A DNA stretch of 61,256 nucleotides, counting the filler, from a bacterium (lineage in GTDB: Bacteria; J088; JAWLBW01): the NCBI GenBank assembly GCA_041690355.1. It is 4 parts of 4 records of this genome, joined end to end, with 100 filler letters (N's around TTAATTAATTAA, not from the genome) between each part and the next. Parts side by side here need not be neighbours in the genome. Positions count along the whole stretch, not along the records: positions 49,883 to 61,256 come from JAWLHK010000038.1; 3 more parts are not named here. One strand, written 5' to 3'. Shown here piece after piece: positions 56,594 through 61,256 of the stretch. A program made the translations under genes and the position numbers. Each line of letters begins with the position of its first letter. Position 1 is the first letter of the stretch. The notes beneath the pieces were generated by a model. It saw only the letters and a list, made by a program, of their open reading frames with translations. It had not been told where the DNA came from and did not search any database.

Positions 56594-57226
56594 ATGGTGA
56601 TGCTGAAAGTTCTCTCTCTCAATGACCCTCATCATGCGGGCCTTCTTGATTCGTTTTTTCGCCTGCGGCACGAGGTCTGTGTGAAGCGCCTGGGGTGGGA
56701 CAACATCCTCGGCGACGACAACCGCGAGATCGACCAGTTCGACGACGACCGCGCCGTCTATCTCGTCCAAAGCAACGTCGACGGCGAGGCCATCGCCGGC
56801 GCGCGCATGCTGAACACGGTCGAGCGCTGCCTCCTCAACGAGGTCTTCCCCGAACTGGTGGACGCGACGCTGCCGCGCTCGCGGCGCGTCTGGGAGGTAA
56901 CCCGCTTGGTGGTTGACCACCGCCGCGAGCGGCTGGAGGGCTGCGGCAATGTCTGCGGTCAGCTCCTCTGCGGCCTCCTTGACTTCGGCTTTTGGGTCGG
57001 GGCGTCCGATTTGGTTTCGGTCTCGGACACGCGAATTGAACGCCTCCTGCTGCGGGCGGGCTGGCGGGTACAGCGCCTCGGGCAGGTCATCCCGATGGGC
57101 AGGGCGCGCGTGGTGGCCGAGCGCCAGCCGCTCGACCCGTCCGTGCTGGCCGAGTGCCGGCGCCGGAACGGCATCACCGAATCAGTCCTGGAAATTCCGA
57201 GCGAAGAAGAAAGGAGAGTGGCATGA
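56594..57226 (+). CDS. luxI: Acyl-homoserine-lactone synthase
   Basis: FRLRHEV.V.RLGW, EIDQFDD, GARM, LLNEVFP, WEVTRL. Confidence 0.93.
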   Translation: MVMLKVLSLNDPHHAGLLDSFFRLRHEVCVKRLGWDNILGDDNREIDQFDDDRAVYLVQSNVDGEAIAGARMLNTVERCLLNEVFPELVDATLPRSRRVWEVTRLVVDHRRERLEGCGNVCGQLLCGLLDFGFWVGASDLVSVSDTRIERLLLRAGWRVQRLGQVIPMGRARVVAERQPLDPSVLAECRRRNGITESVLEIPSEEERRVA

Positions 57227-57405
57227 ACGTCATCAACATGTCGGCGCGTCGTCGCGCCGTACGGGAAGAGGATCCCCGGAACCTGGAGTCGGCGCTCGTC
57301 TACCTGCAGCAGGAGGCGGCGCGGATGGATTTCCGCGAGGTCGAGCATTTCATCGGCTGCAGCATCCTCGCCTTGCACGAGGCCCTTCGCAGGCATTCCA
57401 ACTGA
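57223..57405 (+). CDS. 60-aa protein B, translationally coupled to luxI
   Basis: AGGAG RBS, ATGA overlap; paralog of protein A. Confidence 0.75.
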   Translation: MNVINMSARRRAVREEDPRNLESALVYLQQEAARMDFREVEHFIGCSILALHEALRRHSN

Positions 57406-57412
57406 TCCCGAG

Positions 57413-57444
57413 GGAGGGGGGCTGCCGTCGCGCCCCCTTCTTTT
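57413..57444 (+). terminator. Possible terminator after luxI and protein B
   Basis: GAGGGGGGC...GCCCCCTTC followed by TTTT. Confidence 0.5.
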
Positions 57445-57526
57445 GGCTGTGACATGCAATCATCCGTTGCGTCTCCGTTTGCGTCTGGCAGCATTAAAGG
57501 CGCGGACCCTTTGCGAGGAGGTGCGG

Positions 57527-58003
57527 ATGCCGAAGGACACTGCACGACGGAAGCCCCACCGGGGACGCTGCCCGGACGGCTCGCCCAATCCCGTCGATGT
57601 CCATGTGGGTCAGCGCCTGCGGTTGCGGCGGACGCTTCTCGGCCTTACTCAGGAAAAGCTGGGCGAAGCCCTCGGGGTGACCTTCCAGCAGGTGCAGAAG
57701 TATGAGCGCGGGAGCAACCGGATAGGTAGCAGTCGCCTGTTCGACCTCAGCCGGATCCTCGATGTCTCCGTCGGCTACTTCTACGAGGACATGCCGGAGA
57801 GCATTCAGGCGCGAAGCCCCCGGCGCATGAACGGCCGCATGGACCCGCTGCCCGAGCCCGAGCCCGACCCCATGAGCAGGCGCGAGACCCTGGAGCTGGT
57901 GCGAGCTTACTACCGCATCGGCGATCCGACGCTGCGAAGGCGAGTGCTTGATCTTGTTCGGGCTGCCGCGACACGTCGCGTCGATGCCGAATCGGCGGAT
58001 TGA
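57527..58003 (+). CDS. XRE-family HTH regulator (alphaproteobacterial type)
   Basis: PNPVDVHVGQRLR.RR...G.TQEKL...LGVTFQQVQKYERG.NRI..SRL; GAGGAGG RBS. Confidence 0.93.
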   Translation: MPKDTARRKPHRGRCPDGSPNPVDVHVGQRLRLRRTLLGLTQEKLGEALGVTFQQVQKYERGSNRIGSSRLFDLSRILDVSVGYFYEDMPESIQARSPRRMNGRMDPLPEPEPDPMSRRETLELVRAYYRIGDPTLRRRVLDLVRAAATRRVDAESAD

Positions 58004-58089
58004 CTGACAGCAGCCCCGCGCGTTACGGCGCCACCGCGCCCAGTGGCGCTGGTCGACCCACGTCGGCGACAAGCGCTGCTGGAGATTTC

Positions 58090-58222
58090 CGTTACTAGAT
58101 GCTGCAAAGTCGATTCATAATTCTATTTTGCCGTGTCCAGTCATGAGAACCGCGATTCCTGCTTGGAGATCGTCGCTACAATTCGCGGGAAATTCGTTAC
58201 CTAAGTCGGAATTTTGCGATTC
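58090..58222 (+). repeat. Phased hexamer array 1 (CGWTWC, 21-bp period)
   Basis: CGTTAC 58090, CGATTC 58111, CGTGTC 58132, CGATTC 58153, CGCTAC 58174, CGTTAC 58195, CGATTC 58217. Confidence 0.75.
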
Positions 58223-58273
58223 AGAATGCCGAAATAAGGGGGGGACGCCGTACAGAGGGTTCCGCCACCCGTC

Positions 58274-58576
58274 GTGAGGGCAGCATCCAGGGTGCGCATC
58301 CCCGACCGCGTCATGCGCTGGTTCGGCCAGGGCTCGGAAGGCCTCGGCGAGGAGCAGGACAACGACCAGTCCGTGGCCTTCATCGTCGGGCACACGACGC
58401 GCGGCGCCCACAGCACCATGCAGGGCGCCGGGCGCGCCACCGCCGGGATGCTCGCCGGGCAGGGCGGAGGAGCGGCCGCGAAGAACACCGGGAGAATCGC
58501 CGATCCCAGAGGTGGAGGCGGCGGCGACGGCCGCGCGAAGCGGGGGAACCCAGGCGGCGAGGGCAAGGTGAAATAA
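58274..58576 (+). pseudogene. Possible DotA/TraY C-terminal fragment
   Basis: RIPDRVMRWFG followed by a Gly-rich tail, a stop and a hairpin. Confidence 0.4.
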
Positions 58577-58579
58577 CGA

Positions 58580-58607
58580 GAACGGGAGGGCTGAAGCCCT
58601 CCCGTTC
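58580..58607. terminator. Perfect hairpin between convergent ORFs
   Basis: GAACGGGAGGGC-TGAA-GCCCTCCCGTTC. Confidence 0.65.
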
Positions 58608-58627
58608 CGCTTCGTCCTGGCGCCCGA

Positions 58628-58990
58628 TCAGTCGGCGCGGCGCTCGGCGGGGTCGTCGATGCCCAGCTCCCGCGCGGTCGCGTCGAAGGCGCGCTCGTAG
58701 AGGTCGTGGTAGATGTGCTTGGCGTCGCCGTCGCGGAAATATTTGCCGCTGTACTGCATGAGCGGGCTGTTCTTGTGCGCCTCCTTGAAGCCGTCGAAGA
58801 TGGCCTTGAGACCAGCGGCGTGGGCGGTCTTCACGGCGAGGCGGTCCTTGAGCTCATCGACCTCGGCCTCCAGTTCGCGGGCGTATTCGACCCACTTGAC
58901 CAGCTTCTCGGAGATCGCCGCCGCCGCGTTGCCGTTCTTGCGGGCCGCGTTCAGTGCCGCGAGTTCGCCGATTTCCGCCGGATTGAACAT
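58628..58990 (-). CDS. Hypothetical coiled-coil protein
   Basis: AAGGAGG RBS before MFNPAEI; strong GC3 bias. Confidence 0.75.
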   Translation of the reverse strand: MFNPAEIGELAALNAARKNGNAAAAISEKLVKWVEYARELEAEVDELKDRLAVKTAHAAGLKAIFDGFKEAHKNSPLMQYSGKYFRDGDAKHIYHDLYERAFDATARELGIDDPAERRAD

Positions 58991-59085
58991 GTCTGCCTCC
59001 TTTGATCTTGATGTCATTGTAGCAAGGGGCGTGGGTGGGTGTCACCGGCCTAAATTACAACCACCGCTTTCCAAAACTCGGAAAG

Positions 59086-59177
59086 CGATTCGGCGCTGTG
59101 GGAAACCGTTACAAGCCTGCGGAAGCGCGTTACTTCGCGCCATGGAATTCCGTTACCTGGTTTTAGATTTTCGATTC
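59086..59177 (+). repeat. Phased hexamer array 2
   Basis: CGATTC 59086, CGTTAC 59107, 59128 and 59151, CGATTC 59172. Confidence 0.75.
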
Positions 59178-59483
59178 CAGGTGGTGGAGTAACGGGGGGA
59201 GTGGTCATCTGCGTGGAGCCGCATTATCCGCCCCCCAACTCTACCTTTGAATATCGGCAGGAATTGCGGATGCGAGCGCCGGGGGTGGGGCAGGCGCAGG
59301 CGGTCGTCGCGATTGACCAGGCGACGGAGGTCTGGCGCAGGCGCGACCGAACTTCGTGGTGAACACGACCTTGACCATGAACGGTCCCCCCCCCGCCCGC
59401 CATCGCGACTGTTGCCGCTATTATAAGCGCCGACGGGCTGGGATGGGGCGGGGCAATGTCTTGTCAGCGCGGCAGCGTGACGG

Positions 59484-59615
59484 CGTCACGCCTCGCCATG
59501 ACGCCGGTTCTCCGCTGTGGGTTTCCGATTCGCGCCTGTGGATCGCCGTTACACGCCGTGGCGAAAGCGTTTCTTGTTCTCCGAAAATCGTTACAGAGGA
59601 CAATAAATCCGATTC
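59484..59615 (+). repeat. Phased hexamer array 3 (exact 21-bp period)
   Basis: CGTCAC 59484, CGGTTC 59505, CGATTC 59526, CGTTAC 59547, CGTTTC 59568, CGTTAC 59589, CGATTC 59610. Confidence 0.8.
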
Positions 59616-59690
59616 ACGATGATGAGCGTAGGGTCGGGGGGCTCCGTGACCAACGAGGGGCTGGATCACCAGCCCCTCGCGCGGCATTCA

Positions 59691-59836
59691 TCAGTGCAGG
59701 CGACGTCCATCATCCGCCGAGACCGCCAGCGCCCGACGCACTGCGGCCTTTAGGCGTCGCGGCGATCCGCCCCTGATGAAGGCGTCAAGCAGCACGCCCT
59801 CCGTCGCCTCGTGCAGCGTCGGCAGGTCGTGCGGGG
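59691..59836 (-). pseudogene. 3' end of an ORF truncated by the IS
   Basis: [23 protein letters not shown]...RRLH*, followed by a perfect 11-bp hairpin at 59654-59679. Confidence 0.4.
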
Positions 59837-59890
59837 TGAACCGCCCCGGGTTTGCCGGAGGCTCCAACTTCTGAGTAGGATGGAGCCATC

Positions 59891-60216
59891 ATGAGCAAGA
59901 CCACGAACAAATATTCCGCTGAAGTGCGCGAGCGCGCGGTTCGCATGGTGCGGGAGCACGAGGGCCGGCACGACTCCCGTTGGGCGGCGATCGTCTCGAT
60001 TTCGTCGAAGATCGGCTGCGCTCCGCAGACGCTGAACGAGTGGGTCAAGAAGGCCGACGTCGACAGCGGGCACCGGGCCGGCGTTCCCACCGAAATGGCC
60101 GAGAGAATGAAGGCCCGGAGCGCGAGAACCGGGAACTCCGGCAGGCCAACGAGATCCTGCGCAAGGTGAGCGCTTATTTTGCCCAGGCGGAGCTCGACCG
60201 CCGACCGAAATCATGA
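59891..60216 (+). pseudogene. IS3 OrfA with an apparent 1-nt deletion near 60116
   Basis: [13 protein letters not shown]...ERMKA in one frame and [16 protein letters not shown]...AELDR in another. Confidence 0.8.
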
Positions 60217-61118
60217 GCGCCTTTATCGACGATCATCGTGAGGAGCATGGGGTCGAGCCGATCTGCAAGGTGTTGCCGATCGCCCCGTCTACCTACTACG
60301 AGCGCCTGGCGAAGCGCGCGGACCCGTCCCGCCAGTCGGCCCGTGCGCAGCGCGATGCGGACCTGCGGCCTGAGATAATGCGCGTCTTCAACGACAACTT
60401 CCGGGTCTACGGAGCGCGCAAGGTCTGGCGCCAGATGCGCCGGGAAGGCTTCGACATCGCCCGCTGCACTGTCGAGCGGCTGATGATGTCGCTGGGTCTC
60501 GCTGGCGCCCGCCGGGGCAGGACAGTAAAGACAACCGTCCCGGACAAGGCGGCGCCCTGTCCGCTGGACCGCGTGAACCGCCAGTTCTGGGTGGCCGCGC
60601 CGGACACGCTCTGGGTCTCGGATTTTACCTACGTCGCCACCTGGCAGGGCTTCGTTTACGTGGCCTTCGTCATCGACGCTTTTGCCCGCCGCATCGTCGG
60701 TTGGCGGGTCAGCAGGACAGCCCATGCCGGATTTGTCCTCGACGCCCTCGAACAGGCCGTCCATCAGCGCCGGCCAGCCAAAGGGGCCGGCCTGGTCCAC
60801 CATTCCGACCGCGGGTCTCAATACCTGTCCATCAAGTACACCGAGCGCCTGGCCGAGGCCGATATCGACCCTTCGGTTGGTAGCGTCGGCGACAGCTACG
60901 ACAACGCCCTGGCCGAAACCATCAATGGCCTGTTCAAGGCCGAGGTCATTCATCGGCGCGGGCCGTGGCGCAGCTTCGACGCCGTGGAGTACGCCACGCT
61001 CGAATGGGTCGACTGGTTCAACAACCGCCGACTACTCGAGCCCATCGGCAACATTCCTCCCGCCGAGGCCGAGGCAAACTACTACGACGCCCTGGCACAG
61101 CCCGCCATGGCCGCGTAA
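60213..61118 (+). CDS. IS3 OrfB DDE transposase
   Basis: YGARK, WVSDFTY, HHSDRGSQY, SYDNALAE. Confidence 0.96.
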   Translation: MSAFIDDHREEHGVEPICKVLPIAPSTYYERLAKRADPSRQSARAQRDADLRPEIMRVFNDNFRVYGARKVWRQMRREGFDIARCTVERLMMSLGLAGARRGRTVKTTVPDKAAPCPLDRVNRQFWVAAPDTLWVSDFTYVATWQGFVYVAFVIDAFARRIVGWRVSRTAHAGFVLDALEQAVHQRRPAKGAGLVHHSDRGSQYLSIKYTERLAEADIDPSVGSVGDSYDNALAETINGLFKAEVIHRRGPWRSFDAVEYATLEWVDWFNNRRLLEPIGNIPPAEAEANYYDALAQPAMAA

Positions 61119-61158
61119 CTAAGACCAATCAGCCTCCGGCAAACCCGGGGCGGTTCAC

Positions 61159-61256
61159 CGCGTCCTCAACATCGTCGATGACTTCAGCAGGGAGAGCCCC
61201 GGTCAGCTCGTCGATGTGTCGATCTCCGGCGACCGCATGGCGCGGTTCCTCGACCG
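61159..61256 (+). pseudogene. Fragment of a different IS3-family transposase (IS407-like)
   Basis: RVLNIVDDFSRESPGQLVDVSISGDRMARFLD begins immediately after the right inverted repeat. Confidence 0.75.

Larger units (their letters stand above)
59837..61157 (+). mobile_element. IS3-family element (IS51-like), 1321 bp
   Basis: Perfect 27-bp terminal inverted repeats TGAACCGCCCCGGGTTTGCCGGAGGCT; orfA and orfB inside. Confidence 0.95.

Noticed and set aside
57463-57485. Short direct repeat TCCGTT(T)GCGTC upstream of the XRE gene
   Set aside because: Only two copies; it could be an operator but is too weak to call
60110-60120. Programmed IS3 frameshift
   Set aside because: The shift is inside OrfA at a non-slippery site, and restoring one T gives KALERENRE; it is a mutation or sequencing error

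Overview
The window is not one continuous locus. It is four GC-rich bacterial contigs joined by artificial 100-bp linkers (N44-TTAATTAATTAA-N44 at 13057, 42310 and 49783). Contig 1 (1-13056) holds a MoxR/Bat operon, an HTH-like ORF, a DUF559 nuclease bracketed by inverted double-hairpin repeats, radC, a GT2 glycosyltransferase, ssb, a D-2-hydroxyacid dehydrogenase and a hydrolase. Contig 2 (13157-42309) holds a deltaproteobacterial-style chemosensory cluster, two TRAP transporters (one of TPAT type) interleaved with lipid hydrolases, several heptamer-repeat and REP-like arrays, and a four-helix-bundle gene. It ends with two orphan RHS toxin/immunity modules, and the RHS core carries an unusual CFI-box-CTERM-like insertion. 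Contig 3 (42410-49782) holds an aldehyde dehydrogenase, two antitoxins whose toxins appear deleted, a CxxCH-bearing porin, a large repeat lipoprotein and a pepP 3' end. Contig 4 (49883-61256) looks alphaproteobacterial. It is an island next to tRNA-fMet with a large serine recombinase, an orphan C5 methyltransferase preceded by repeated GTGAC-N3-GTCAC palindromes, and a luxR-luxI-XRE module. That module is flanked by two paralogous 60-aa proteins and two related lux boxes, and is followed by three non-coding arrays of a CGWTWC hexamer phased at 21 bp and an IS3 element. This quorum-sensing island is the best candidate for an undescribed system. All family calls come from manual motif recognition; no database searches were run.
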